Source: a virus
Lineage: Duplodnaviria; Caudoviricetes
Length of the DNA: 64,000 bases
IMG/VR virus record: IMGVR_UViG_3300043010_000145
Direction: 5' to 3' (one strand)
Position numbers and translations under genes: made by a program. The notes under the pieces were generated by a model, which did no database searches, was not told where the DNA came from, and saw nothing but the letters and a program-made list of their open reading frames with translations. Of the stretch, positions 18,969 to 29,138 are shown piece by piece. Every line of letters begins with the position of its first letter. Position 1 is the stretch's first letter.

Positions 18969-21628
18969 CGTTGAGAAATTATTTACGAAAGGTTGCTGTT
19001 TCCGTTTCTGTTTTGCTTTCTTCTATTCTTTCTAGTTCTTATTCCGCACCTTTACTTGTTTATGCAAAGGATTCGACAGATATTTCTTTTACGGTAAATA
19101 CTTCTTTTACAGACAGTGAAGGAAATTCCACAGATACCTATACGGGCGGAAAAGTTTATGACCGCACAACTGTTGATGAAGTTGCTTCTGTCACCAACAC
19201 GGGTGCTTCTTGCTATCTGCGAGCAAAGATAAAAACGAACAACTGGGACGATTTTGTTGAAGTTTCCTTCGGTTCTGATTGGGTTGAGAAACCTGACGGG
19301 TATTATTACTACACAAATGTTGTTGCTTCAAAGGAAACTGTAACGATTTTCGATAGTATTACTTTTGCTGACGGTATCGTGAAAGAATCTGATAAGCGGT
19401 TGTCTAAATCAATCACCTTGGGTATTTCCGTAGATGCTGTTGCAGATGCTATTGCTCCCGATTTTAATTCGGATACACCATGGAATGCTTCTCCAAGTGA
19501 AATTGTAACAAAGGAAACGAATAGCTTCTCTACGGGTATTGATTCTAATTTATGGTATGCAGTTGCGGTTGTTCTTGCTTTATTTTCTTTGCTGCTTCTT
19601 GTGTATTTGAATAAGCAAACTATTCTTTCACATTTACAGAATAAAAGCATAATTTTTATTTTGATAGTTCTGCTCGTTTTAATTGGTTCTATTAGTTTAT
19701 TTACCAAAGGAACATATTCTTATATTTTATCTACGGATAAAGTGATTGAAAGAAAAATACAATTTGCTAAGGAATCGTATGCTGCTACTCTTGAACTAGG
19801 TACAAAGTTTAATGCACATATTCCTGATACTGCAACAGAAGTTATATTTACAGATGTAGCTGCTCCGAGTGGTGCTTCTTTAATAGATGTATCTGAGGCA
19901 CAAGATAATTCTATCGTAGCTTGGTTAGCTGACACAACATTTTATGTTTCTACACAAGATTCGGCGGGTAAGATATATGCAAATAAATCTTGCAAAGATA
20001 TGTTCTACAATAAAAAATCTATTGAAACAATACAGTTTTTGAATTTTGATACGAGCAATACAACTAGTATGTTTCAAATGTTCAAGTTTTGTACGAATTT
20101 AAAAAGCATAGATTTATCTTCTTTTGATACAAGAAATGTTACGTCAATGTATTATATGTTTCAAGGTTGTAATGCTTTGAGTAATTTAGATGTTAGTGCT
20201 TTTGATACATCAAAAGTTACAAATATGGCGGGAATGTTTTCATCTTGCAGCAACTTAGAGAGTATTGATTTGTCTAATTTTGATACATCAAAGGTTACAA
20301 CTATGCAGAGTATGTTTCAATATTGTAGTAATATGAAATCATTAGATTGTAGTATGTTTGACACGAGTTCCTTGGAAAGTATATATTATATGTTCTTTGG
20401 CTGCAGTAATCTGGTCTCTTTAAATTTAAATGGATTTAACACAGAAAAAGTGGATTCTTTTGATTCATTGTTTAGGAGTTGTAGCAGTTTAGAAAAGATA
20501 GATGTATCAAGTTTTGATACGAGTAATGCTACCGGATTTGGTTCTATGTTTAGGGAATGCACATCATTAGTTAATCTCAATCTAACAAATTTTGATACAA
20601 GCAAGGCTACGGATTGTTCCTATATGTTTAGTGGTTGTTCAGCTTTAACAGAACTTGATATAACGAATTTTGATGTGAGTAATGTTACGACCTTTGATTA
20701 TATGTTCAAATCTTGTGCAAAGCTATCTAGTTTAAATTTAGAGAACTTTTATACAAGTAAAGCTACTAGTATGACTGCTATGTTTATGAATTGTAGTTCC
20801 ATAAAAGAGTTAGATGTGGAAGCCTTAGACTTGTCTAATGTAACTAATACAGATTATATGTTCCAGAATATGTCAAGTTTAACTACATTATCAATTATTG
20901 ATAGCTATAAAAGTACAAAATCTGTAACCAGTTCAAGCTATATGTTTGACGGTTGTACTTCATTGGTTGGCGGTATAAAATACAATTCCTCGAAAATTGA
21001 TATTACTTACTATAAATCTAGCGGAGGATATCTAACAGTTGCACCTTATAGCTATGCTATTAAATCAGTTGATGTATTTAGGGAACAGCTGACAGACAGC
21101 ATTACGGGTATTGTCTTTACAACAGAGGGTGCTCCATTCTGGGCAATTTGCAGCGGTTTGTCCAGAGATGATTCCGTAATTTGTTGGACAAATCAAAATA
21201 TATTGTATGTTTCTGTAACTCTTGGCTATGATGATATTTATGGTGATGCAGAAGAACATTTCATACATGCACCAACGGATATGACGGGCATGTTTAAGGA
21301 TTTGCCGAATGTTACATCAATAGACTTTACTGGTTTGATTACTGATAACACTACAAATATGAAAGATTTATTTTCAGGCAGTACTGGTTTAACAGAATTA
21401 GACCTTAGTACATTTACATTTGATAAGGTAACGAATACAAGTCGTATGTTTAAAAACTGCTCCAATTTAACAACTATTTACACTTCTTCCAATCCAAACC
21501 TTTCAGCTGTAATCAACAGCACAGATATGTTCGCTGGTTGTACTTCATTAAAAGGTGCAAAAGCTTTTGATGTAGATAAGATTGATTTCAAATACTTTAA
21601 TTTATCCTATTATCTAACACAGAAATAA
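18965..21628 (+). CDS. Surface protein: N-terminal domain, internal TM and signal, BspA/DUF285 LRR repeats
   Basis: FDTSxVTxMxxMFxxCxxLxxLDxSx repeats; DGYYYY N-domain; ATGA coupling. Confidence 0.85.
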   Translation: MTLRNYLRKVAVSVSVLLSSILSSSYSAPLLVYAKDSTDISFTVNTSFTDSEGNSTDTYTGGKVYDRTTVDEVASVTNTGASCYLRAKIKTNNWDDFVEVSFGSDWVEKPDGYYYYTNVVASKETVTIFDSITFADGIVKESDKRLSKSITLGISVDAVADAIAPDFNSDTPWNASPSEIVTKETNSFSTGIDSNLWYAVAVVLALFSLLLLVYLNKQTILSHLQNKSIIFILIVLLVLIGSISLFTKGTYSYILSTDKVIERKIQFAKESYAATLELGTKFNAHIPDTATEVIFTDVAAPSGASLIDVSEAQDNSIVAWLADTTFYVSTQDSAGKIYANKSCKDMFYNKKSIETIQFLNFDTSNTTSMFQMFKFCTNLKSIDLSSFDTRNVTSMYYMFQGCNALSNLDVSAFDTSKVTNMAGMFSSCSNLESIDLSNFDTSKVTTMQSMFQYCSNMKSLDCSMFDTSSLESIYYMFFGCSNLVSLNLNGFNTEKVDSFDSLFRSCSSLEKIDVSSFDTSNATGFGSMFRECTSLVNLNLTNFDTSKATDCSYMFSGCSALTELDITNFDVSNVTTFDYMFKSCAKLSSLNLENFYTSKATSMTAMFMNCSSIKELDVEALDLSNVTNTDYMFQNMSSLTTLSIIDSYKSTKSVTSSSYMFDGCTSLVGGIKYNSSKIDITYYKSSGGYLTVAPYSYAIKSVDVFREQLTDSITGIVFTTEGAPFWAICSGLSRDDSVICWTNQNILYVSVTLGYDDIYGDAEEHFIHAPTDMTGMFKDLPNVTSIDFTGLITDNTTNMKDLFSGSTGLTELDLSTFTFDKVTNTSRMFKNCSNLTTIYTSSNPNLSAVINSTDMFAGCTSLKGAKAFDVDKIDFKYFNLSYYLTQK

Positions 21629-21773
21629 TATAATTAAGCAAATATAAAGCACATTCGGAGAATGTGCTTTCTTTTTATATTTCTTATACTTTTCAAACCC
21701 ACTTTTTCCTCCTACATTCTCTTACATTTTTACAAAAATGTTATACTTTTTGCTTATGCTAGGAGGTAGATAC

Positions 21774-22388
21774 ATGAGCAAAAGACAACATTTAGGCATT
21801 TTGTCTGCGGGGTTACTGGCAGTAAGCCTCGGAATAACAGGCAGCCTAGCTTTTATGACCACTACCCAAGCGAAAGAGAATGTATTTCTCATAGGGGATG
21901 ACTTTGGTACTGGTGATACAAGCAAGATAACTCTCACAGAGCCAAACTGGAAAGAAAGTTTGGCACAAGATGTTGTTGCAAATCAAACACTAAAAAAAGA
22001 CCCGACTGTAACCAACAATTCGGACATACCAGTGTATGCTTTTATTGTTGTAGATGAGCCTTTGATTACAGTTGATTCAAAGACAACACCTTTATTTTCT
22101 TATTCTTTAAATTCAGGCTGGATTGCATTAGCAACAAGTGAAACTACTGACACCAAGACAACAGTATATGCTTATGCAACAAATCTAGCCATGACAACAC
22201 TCTCGCCAACTTCTAGCACAACTTTATTCGATTCCGTTACCACTGCTTCATTCCCTAGTGGTAATGCTGTGCAAGGAACAGACCAGACGATTACAGTAAA
22301 ATCTTATGTTATCCAAACACAAGGCTTGAAGAGTAATTATCCACAAGATGTTTGGCAAGTTGTTCTCGGACAAGGAGTGAATGCATGA
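21774..22388 (+). CDS. SipW-class signal peptide protein (TasA/pilin-like), copy 2
   Basis: Close paralog of 18351-18968. Confidence 0.75.
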   Translation: MSKRQHLGILSAGLLAVSLGITGSLAFMTTTQAKENVFLIGDDFGTGDTSKITLTEPNWKESLAQDVVANQTLKKDPTVTNNSDIPVYAFIVVDEPLITVDSKTTPLFSYSLNSGWIALATSETTDTKTTVYAYATNLAMTTLSPTSSTTLFDSVTTASFPSGNAVQGTDQTITVKSYVIQTQGLKSNYPQDVWQVVLGQGVNA

Positions 22389-25300
22389 CTTTAAAGAACC
22401 ATTTACAAGTTTTATTTCTAACCTTATTCACTCTTCTTTCTTCTTTGCTGACACAGCCTACACAGATTTTTGTAGCTGCTGTCGAAGATTCAGACGATAC
22501 AGTTCTGTCATTTACGGTAGACACTTTCTTTACCGATTCCACGGGCAACCAGTCGGAAAGCTACACGGGCGGGAAAGTGTACGATTTATCTACGGTTAGC
22601 GAAGTTGCTTCTGTTACCAATACGGGAAGTTCTTGCTATATACGAGCCAAGGTAACGACAAATGATTGGGACGATTATGTAACATGTTATTTTCTTTCTG
22701 ATTGGATAATGAAACCTGACGGGTATTATTACTACATGAAAGCAGTTCAGCCAAATGAAACTGTAACTATTTTCGAGGGTATTGAATTTGCAGATGGTTT
22801 AGTAAAAGAATCCAATAAAAGATTGTCTAAATCTGTTACGGTTGGCATTTCCGTTGATGCAATCACAGACGAGTTAGAAGCAGATTTCACTTCTGACACA
22901 CCTTGGGCTGCTCTGCTTGCTTATACACCAGAATTACCAGAGGAAGATGCTGATGTTGATACGGATACAGATTCTAACTCGAACTCTAATTCCAATTCTA
23001 ATTCCAACAGCAATACAGCAAATTCTAATAATGCAACTAACAGCAACACTTCCACAAACGGAGCAAATGAAATTGTTCTGCCTGATGATAAGATTGTAAC
23101 CGTTGAAAAGAATGTAGTTTCTACGGGTATCAATACAAATTTAGGTTATCTTGTAGCTTTATTGTTTGCAGCAGCTGCCTTACTTATTCTGATTTATCTG
23201 CACAAAGATTCCTTTACACCGACAATGCAGAATAAGACATTATCTTTATTTGCCTTATTTGCTCTTTTCGGTTCTGCAAGCATTTGTACTGCGGGAACAT
23301 ATTCCTACATTACTTCTACTGACCAAGGGATTGATAATAAAGTTTCTTTTGCCGCTTATGAGCCAAAAGCATTTCTTGAAACTGGGGGTAATTTCAATAG
23401 TCATATTCCGTATGGTACAACGGCTATTGTTTTTACAGATGAATCCGCACCAGCTTCTGCAAGTTTGATAGATGTTTCCGAAGATAAAGATAATTCTGTT
23501 GTTGGCTGGTCTGATAATGATACTTTCTATGTTTCCTCTCAACAAGACGGTGTGATAATTTATGCGAATGAATTATCCGATAATATGTTCTCTTATCAGT
23601 CTGATTTGGAAAGTATTGATTTTACAAATTTAAACACAAAAGATGTTACAACAATGGCGAGTATGTTCGAGGGCTGCAGTAGTCTGCAAAGTCTAGACCT
23701 TTCTAGTTTCGATACTTCCAATGTTACAAATATGTATTATATGTTTGGCGATTGCACGGAGTTGGAAACCTTAGATATTTCTAATTTTGACACTTCCAAG
23801 GTTGAGAATATGTCATATATGTTTTTCAGTTGCGAGGACTTAGGAACACTTGACCTGACACATTTTGATACATCAAATGTAACAACAATGGAACGAATGT
23901 TTCACGATTGTATGAATTTAACATCTTTAAATGTGAAAGGTTGGAATACTTCAAATGTAACTAACATGTCAAATATGTTTGCTTATTGTGAATTGTTGAC
24001 TTCATTGAATGTTTCTAGTTTCGATACAAGCAATGTTACAGATATGAGTTGCATGTTCTATTATGACCGTGGCTTAGAAAAGCTAAATATTACGAATTTT
24101 GATACTTCCAAGGTAACAACAATGCAAGGAATGTTCTATTCTTGTTCAAGTATTAAGACATTAGATGTTTCCAAACTCGAAACAAAGAATGTAACAAGCA
24201 CTAATGCAATGTTCGGGTATATGACTAGCCTGACAACTCTTTATGCAGAGAAAGACCCAACAGTAAGCAATGTAACAAATTCAAAGAATATGTTCTATGG
24301 CGATACTGTTCTGAAAGGAACGATTAAATACAATAGCAGCTATGTTACAGTTTCTTACTATAATTTCAAAGGGTATTTAACGAAGAAAGTATCCACTTAT
24401 GCTTTACTTTCAGGCACAGATTTCGCTGATGCCATTCCATCTTCTGCTACAAAGATTGTATTCACAGACAGTACTGCACCAGCTAGTGCCGAGTTAATTG
24501 ATATGACAGATGGCCAAGACGGTTCTGTTGTAGCTTGGCTTGACGGTACAATATTGTATATTTCCAGTCAAAAGAGCGGGCAAGTCATTTATGCACCAAC
24601 AAATGCGAGTGGAATGTTTGAGAATTTGACAAATATTGTTTCTATTGATTTGAGTAATTTAGATACAACTAAGACAACAAATATGAAAGGAATGTTCTAT
24701 AACTGTTCTTCCTTAACTGATGTGAACACCGATAAATTAGACACAACGAGTGTTACAGATATGTCATTTATGTTCGGTAAATGCTCTGCTTTAACAGATG
24801 TTGATACAAGCAATTTTACAACTTCAAAGGTAACAACTTTCGAGGGTATGTTCAACGGATGTACTTCGCTTACAGATTTAGATTTATCTAACTTTACAAC
24901 GAGTGCTGCTACAAATACTTCATTTATGTTTGCAGCTTGCTCTAACCTTAAAACCGTAGATATTTGTCATTGGAGTTTTGCCAATGTTACAGATTTAAAT
25001 AGTATGTTCCAAGGTGATTCAGCCTTAACTACAATCTATGCAAGCAGAACACCAGATTTGCAGAAAGTTACCGCACACAGCAATATGTTTGTAGGAGATA
25101 CAAATCTTGTTGGCGAAACTTCTTTCGATTCTGCCAACGTTGATGCAAATTATTTTAATTTAAACTCTTATTTGACGAAGCATGATGACGATAGCCTGAC
25201 TTATATTATGAATACTGGTTTATTTGTAAGAGATAATATATCCTCTGATATGACAGAAGTTATCTTTACGGGTATAACGGCACCAGTAGGTGTAGCTTTA

Positions 25301-27820
25301 ACAGATTTTTCTAATGCAAAGGACGGTTCTGTTGTCGGCTGGGTAGTTGATACAAAATTGTATATATCTTCACAGTATAACAAACAAGTTGTATATGCTT
25401 ATTCTGATTCAACTTATATGTTCCAAGATAAGTCTAATTTAACGAATATTGACTTTTCAAATTTAGACACTTCTAAGATTACGAATTTTGTCTATTTCTT
25501 CTTTAATTGTTCTGGTTTGAAAACATTAGATGTTAGCAATTTTAATACAGAAAGTGCCTACAATATGCAATATATGTTCTACGGTTGCAGTGGCTTGACG
25601 GAGTTGGATTTAACTTCTTTCAACACAGAAAATGTTACAGTTGCACAGAGAATGTTTATGAACTGCACAAATCTGGAATCATTAGATATTAGTAGTTTTC
25701 GCACACCTAAATGGGAGCAGTTCTACGGTATGTTTACAAATTGTGAGAGTTTGGAACAGATAGACCTAAGTAATTTTGATACTTCCGTAGCTACAACTAT
25801 GAGTTATATGTTCTCTGGTTGTGAGAGTCTAACATCATTAGATGTTAGTAACTTTAAGACTAGTAAAGTAAAAGATATGGATAGTATGTTTGCTTACTGT
25901 TCTAGTTTAACATCATTAGATGTTAGTAGTTTTGATACTTCAAATGTTACAAGTATGTCATATATGTTTTATAGTATGACTAATATTAAGACATTGGATT
26001 TATCTAACTTTAATACTGCAAAAGTTACAACAATGGAGTATATGTTCTGTTATGATAGCTCTCTTATAACAGCAGATGTTTCTAATTTTAACACAAAAAA
26101 TGTTACAAAAATGCAGTGGATGTTTAATCAATGTAAATCATTAGAATATTTTGATATAAGTGCTTGGGATATGTCCTCCGTTCAATATATAGGGTATTTC
26201 TGCTACGGTGATTCTAAACTTAAAACTATTTATTCCTTAACAGATAAAACTTACCCTAAGCTAAGAGATGGAATGTATGCTTTTGTGGATTGTACAAGCC
26301 TTTCTGGCTCGCAGAAATTTTATCAGTATTATACTTCTATTGCTTACATGACATTTGATTATTATTTAACATATAGAGATAAAACAGATGCTTCTTATAC
26401 TCTCAAAAATGGTTATGATTTAAATGAATTGATACCTGATAATACAACACAAGTTATTTTTACAGATGCTACTGCACCAACTTCTGTTTCTGTTACAGAT
26501 GTGAGCGATACAGAAGATTCTTCCGTTGTGGCTTGGTCAGTAGGTACGAAGTTCTATATTTCTACTCAGACGGAAAATCAGAAAGTATTAGCCAACAGTA
26601 ATACGAATCAGATGTTTAAGGATAAAACATCTTTGACAAGTATTGACTTTACAAATTTTGATACAAGCACGGCTAAATCTTTCTATGGTCTGTTCCGAGG
26701 TTGTACTGCTCTGAAAACCTTAGATTTAAGTAATTTTGATACAAGTCAGGTTACCAATATGTCCCTTATGTTCTATCAGTGCCGTGCTTTAACGAGTTTG
26801 AATGTTTCCATGTTCAACACAAGCAATGCAGTATTGATGGATTCTATGTTTGCATATTGCTCTGGATTAACAGCATTAAATGTGTCTAATTTTAATACAA
26901 GCAAAGCCACCACTATTGCAGGTATGTTTGCTGGGTGTAGTTCAATTACTTCCTTAGATATTTCCAATTTTGATACAAGCAAAGTAACATCTATAAGTTC
27001 TTTATTCTATAATTGTAGAAATCTTACGAATTTAAATATTACAGGATTAACAACAAGTAAAGCTAAGAGCTTGCAAAGTATGTTTAGTGATTGTATTAGT
27101 TTAACAGAGTTAACTCTTGACTTTGATTTAAGTTCTTGTACAACTTTAAATAGTATGTTTTCAAATTGTTACAGTTTAACAAATTTAACATTAAACTTTA
27201 AAAATACAACAGGTATTACGGATATGGATAATTTTGTATCCTCTTGTACGAGTCTGACAAGTATAGACTTAACTTGTCTTGCTAATTCAAGTTTAACGAC
27301 AATGGCAAGTTGGTTTAAGGGTTGTACCAACTTAGTTAGTATAGATTTAAGTATGTTAAATACAAGCAAAGTTACATACTTTACTAGCTTATTTGCTAAT
27401 TGTACATCTCTTGAAGAAGTGAATATGAGTTCATTTGATACGAGTAAGGTAATAAGTATGGCTTATATGTTCCAAAATTGCACTAGCCTTGAATCCATTG
27501 ATTTATCTAATTTTAATACTGCTTCCGTAACATCGAACTATGATATGTTCGCTGGCTGTACTTCTTTAACAGTATTAGATTTATCTTCTTTTACCTTTAC
27601 GAAGGTTTCCAATATGGCAGAGTTTGTTAAAGGTTGTACAAACCTTACAACAATCTATGTGTCCGAGAACCCTACTTTATCCGCCTTAAAACTTGGCGGC
27701 GGAAATGACCGTGAAATGTTCTCCGGCTGTACATCTCTGCAAGGAGCGATTGCTTACTCCGAAGATTGCATCGGCGGTGCATATTTCAACACAGAAACTG
27801 GGTATTTAACAATTAAATAG
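22385..27820 (+). CDS. Large BspA/DUF285 LRR surface protein (four LRR blocks)
   Basis: Paralog of 18965-21628; poly-(NS) linker; four cap-plus-LRR modules. Confidence 0.85.
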   Translation: MTLKNHLQVLFLTLFTLLSSLLTQPTQIFVAAVEDSDDTVLSFTVDTFFTDSTGNQSESYTGGKVYDLSTVSEVASVTNTGSSCYIRAKVTTNDWDDYVTCYFLSDWIMKPDGYYYYMKAVQPNETVTIFEGIEFADGLVKESNKRLSKSVTVGISVDAITDELEADFTSDTPWAALLAYTPELPEEDADVDTDTDSNSNSNSNSNSNSNTANSNNATNSNTSTNGANEIVLPDDKIVTVEKNVVSTGINTNLGYLVALLFAAAALLILIYLHKDSFTPTMQNKTLSLFALFALFGSASICTAGTYSYITSTDQGIDNKVSFAAYEPKAFLETGGNFNSHIPYGTTAIVFTDESAPASASLIDVSEDKDNSVVGWSDNDTFYVSSQQDGVIIYANELSDNMFSYQSDLESIDFTNLNTKDVTTMASMFEGCSSLQSLDLSSFDTSNVTNMYYMFGDCTELETLDISNFDTSKVENMSYMFFSCEDLGTLDLTHFDTSNVTTMERMFHDCMNLTSLNVKGWNTSNVTNMSNMFAYCELLTSLNVSSFDTSNVTDMSCMFYYDRGLEKLNITNFDTSKVTTMQGMFYSCSSIKTLDVSKLETKNVTSTNAMFGYMTSLTTLYAEKDPTVSNVTNSKNMFYGDTVLKGTIKYNSSYVTVSYYNFKGYLTKKVSTYALLSGTDFADAIPSSATKIVFTDSTAPASAELIDMTDGQDGSVVAWLDGTILYISSQKSGQVIYAPTNASGMFENLTNIVSIDLSNLDTTKTTNMKGMFYNCSSLTDVNTDKLDTTSVTDMSFMFGKCSALTDVDTSNFTTSKVTTFEGMFNGCTSLTDLDLSNFTTSAATNTSFMFAACSNLKTVDICHWSFANVTDLNSMFQGDSALTTIYASRTPDLQKVTAHSNMFVGDTNLVGETSFDSANVDANYFNLNSYLTKHDDDSLTYIMNTGLFVRDNISSDMTEVIFTGITAPVGVALTDFSNAKDGSVVGWVVDTKLYISSQYNKQVVYAYSDSTYMFQDKSNLTNIDFSNLDTSKITNFVYFFFNCSGLKTLDVSNFNTESAYNMQYMFYGCSGLTELDLTSFNTENVTVAQRMFMNCTNLESLDISSFRTPKWEQFYGMFTNCESLEQIDLSNFDTSVATTMSYMFSGCESLTSLDVSNFKTSKVKDMDSMFAYCSSLTSLDVSSFDTSNVTSMSYMFYSMTNIKTLDLSNFNTAKVTTMEYMFCYDSSLITADVSNFNTKNVTKMQWMFNQCKSLEYFDISAWDMSSVQYIGYFCYGDSKLKTIYSLTDKTYPKLRDGMYAFVDCTSLSGSQKFYQYYTSIAYMTFDYYLTYRDKTDASYTLKNGYDLNELIPDNTTQVIFTDATAPTSVSVTDVSDTEDSSVVAWSVGTKFYISTQTENQKVLANSNTNQMFKDKTSLTSIDFTNFDTSTAKSFYGLFRGCTALKTLDLSNFDTSQVTNMSLMFYQCRALTSLNVSMFNTSNAVLMDSMFAYCSGLTALNVSNFNTSKATTIAGMFAGCSSITSLDISNFDTSKVTSISSLFYNCRNLTNLNITGLTTSKAKSLQSMFSDCISLTELTLDFDLSSCTTLNSMFSNCYSLTNLTLNFKNTTGITDMDNFVSSCTSLTSIDLTCLANSSLTTMASWFKGCTNLVSIDLSMLNTSKVTYFTSLFANCTSLEEVNMSSFDTSKVISMAYMFQNCTSLESIDLSNFNTASVTSNYDMFAGCTSLTVLDLSSFTFTKVSNMAEFVKGCTNLTTIYVSENPTLSALKLGGGNDREMFSGCTSLQGAIAYSEDCIGGAYFNTETGYLTIK

Positions 27821-27955
27821 TTTGCTTAATCTATTACAAAAAGCACATTCTAACCGAATGTGCTTTTCTTTTACACAAAACCTTGACAATTTTGCCACAT
27901 TTTGCTATACTATTATATGTAATCAAATAGATTTAAGTTTTAGAGGGTTTTTATT

Positions 27956-28102
27956 ATGTTAGTTTTAAGTATTATATACACGGTATTCTTCGCCTTTCTC
28001 GAATCTACAACAAGAAAGCTCGAACGAAAAGATTTCTTTATCTATGCAACATTCTGCCTAATAGCAGCTAGTACATTATCCTATATTTTCAGCCTTGCTT
28101 AA
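27956..28102 (+). CDS. 48-aa two-TM peptide (not in ORF track)
   Basis: TTGACA-17-TATACT promoter, AGAGGG RBS, MLVLSIIYTVFFAFLE...YIFSLA*, hairpin after stop. Confidence 0.55.
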   Translation: MLVLSIIYTVFFAFLESTTRKLERKDFFIYATFCLIAASTLSYIFSLA

Positions 28103-28250
28103 AAGCAAGGCTTTAATTATTTAGCACCAAATTTTCTAGGATAATATTGTATTATTGAACCTTATACAGTATACTGTGTGTAATTACTACTGCCTTTTTG
28201 CAAGTATTATCATCTTTACTTAATCTATTGTTTTTTAGAAAGGACTTCCC

Positions 28251-28640
28251 ATGTTTCAAAAATACCGCAACTTATTCACACTCAACACCGATTCCCGCTA
28301 TCCCTTGCTTCTTATTCTTGCTTATACTTGCCTGAATATTTGCTTTTTATCTTGTGCAATCTATCTTCGCCACTTAGTCTTAACCAACACAATAGACTTA
28401 CCAACAACTTCCCCGCTGCCATTAGCAATTTTTAGTGCTTGTGTAGTATTTGCCCTAGTGATTTTTGCAACCAGCTTAATTTTAATCCTCAGTCGAGCCA
28501 CTCGCCTATTCTGTGTGGATACTTCTAAGCTCACCTATTCACTTGTTTACATTCTAGGTGGTTCTATTGCTTTTCTTTGCTTGTACTATATTGTGCTTTA
28601 CTGTTTGTACTTATATTACAATCTGGCTACCTTCGGATAA
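28251..28640 (+). CDS. Membrane protein, about 3 TM
   Basis: AGAAAGGA RBS, hydrophobic segments, terminator. Confidence 0.7.
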   Translation: MFQKYRNLFTLNTDSRYPLLLILAYTCLNICFLSCAIYLRHLVLTNTIDLPTTSPLPLAIFSACVVFALVIFATSLILILSRATRLFCVDTSKLTYSLVYILGGSIAFLCLYYIVLYCLYLYYNLATFG

Positions 28641-28778
28641 AAAGCCTTGCCTAACGGCAAGGCTTTTCTTTTTACTCTCATTTTTATACAAAACTATTTT
28701 TCAAAAAAATATGAATAAAGTGTTGCAATATTGCCAAATAGGAGTATACTGTAAGTATAAATAAAGGAGGAACTTAAT

Positions 28779-29045
28779 ATGTTCGAAAATACTGTCATCA
28801 CAATCTTTGCAATCGCAACTCTTTCCATTCTTGCTGTTACTATTCTTAAAAAAGTGATTTCTCACACACTTCGCACAATCATCCTTCGCACCGCACTCGC
28901 AACAATTCTTACTTGCTTTATTGCAGAAGGCTGGGCTCAAATTTACCACCCACAGATTTCAGCACTTGCAGATACAACAAATTATTGGCAGAATGTAGTA
29001 GATGCTTGGAACTCCTTCCCCGAAATCCCTGAATTCCCATTCTAA
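28779..29045 (+). CDS. Small membrane protein
   Basis: TTGCAA-TATACT promoter, AAGGAGG RBS, terminator. Confidence 0.7.
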   Translation: MFENTVITIFAIATLSILAVTILKKVISHTLRTIILRTALATILTCFIAEGWAQIYHPQISALADTTNYWQNVVDAWNSFPEIPEFPF

Positions 29046-29138
29046 TAGAATTATACAGAACAGGCTCTAAGCCTGTTCTTTTTGGTTTCTAGTTTATTTG
29101 TGGTAAAATAATATTCATATAAGAAAGGCGGTATTTTC

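Noticed and set aside
19309-27369. Antisense ORFs within the LRR genes, cas genes and MTases
   Set aside because: Shadow frames of well-supported genes
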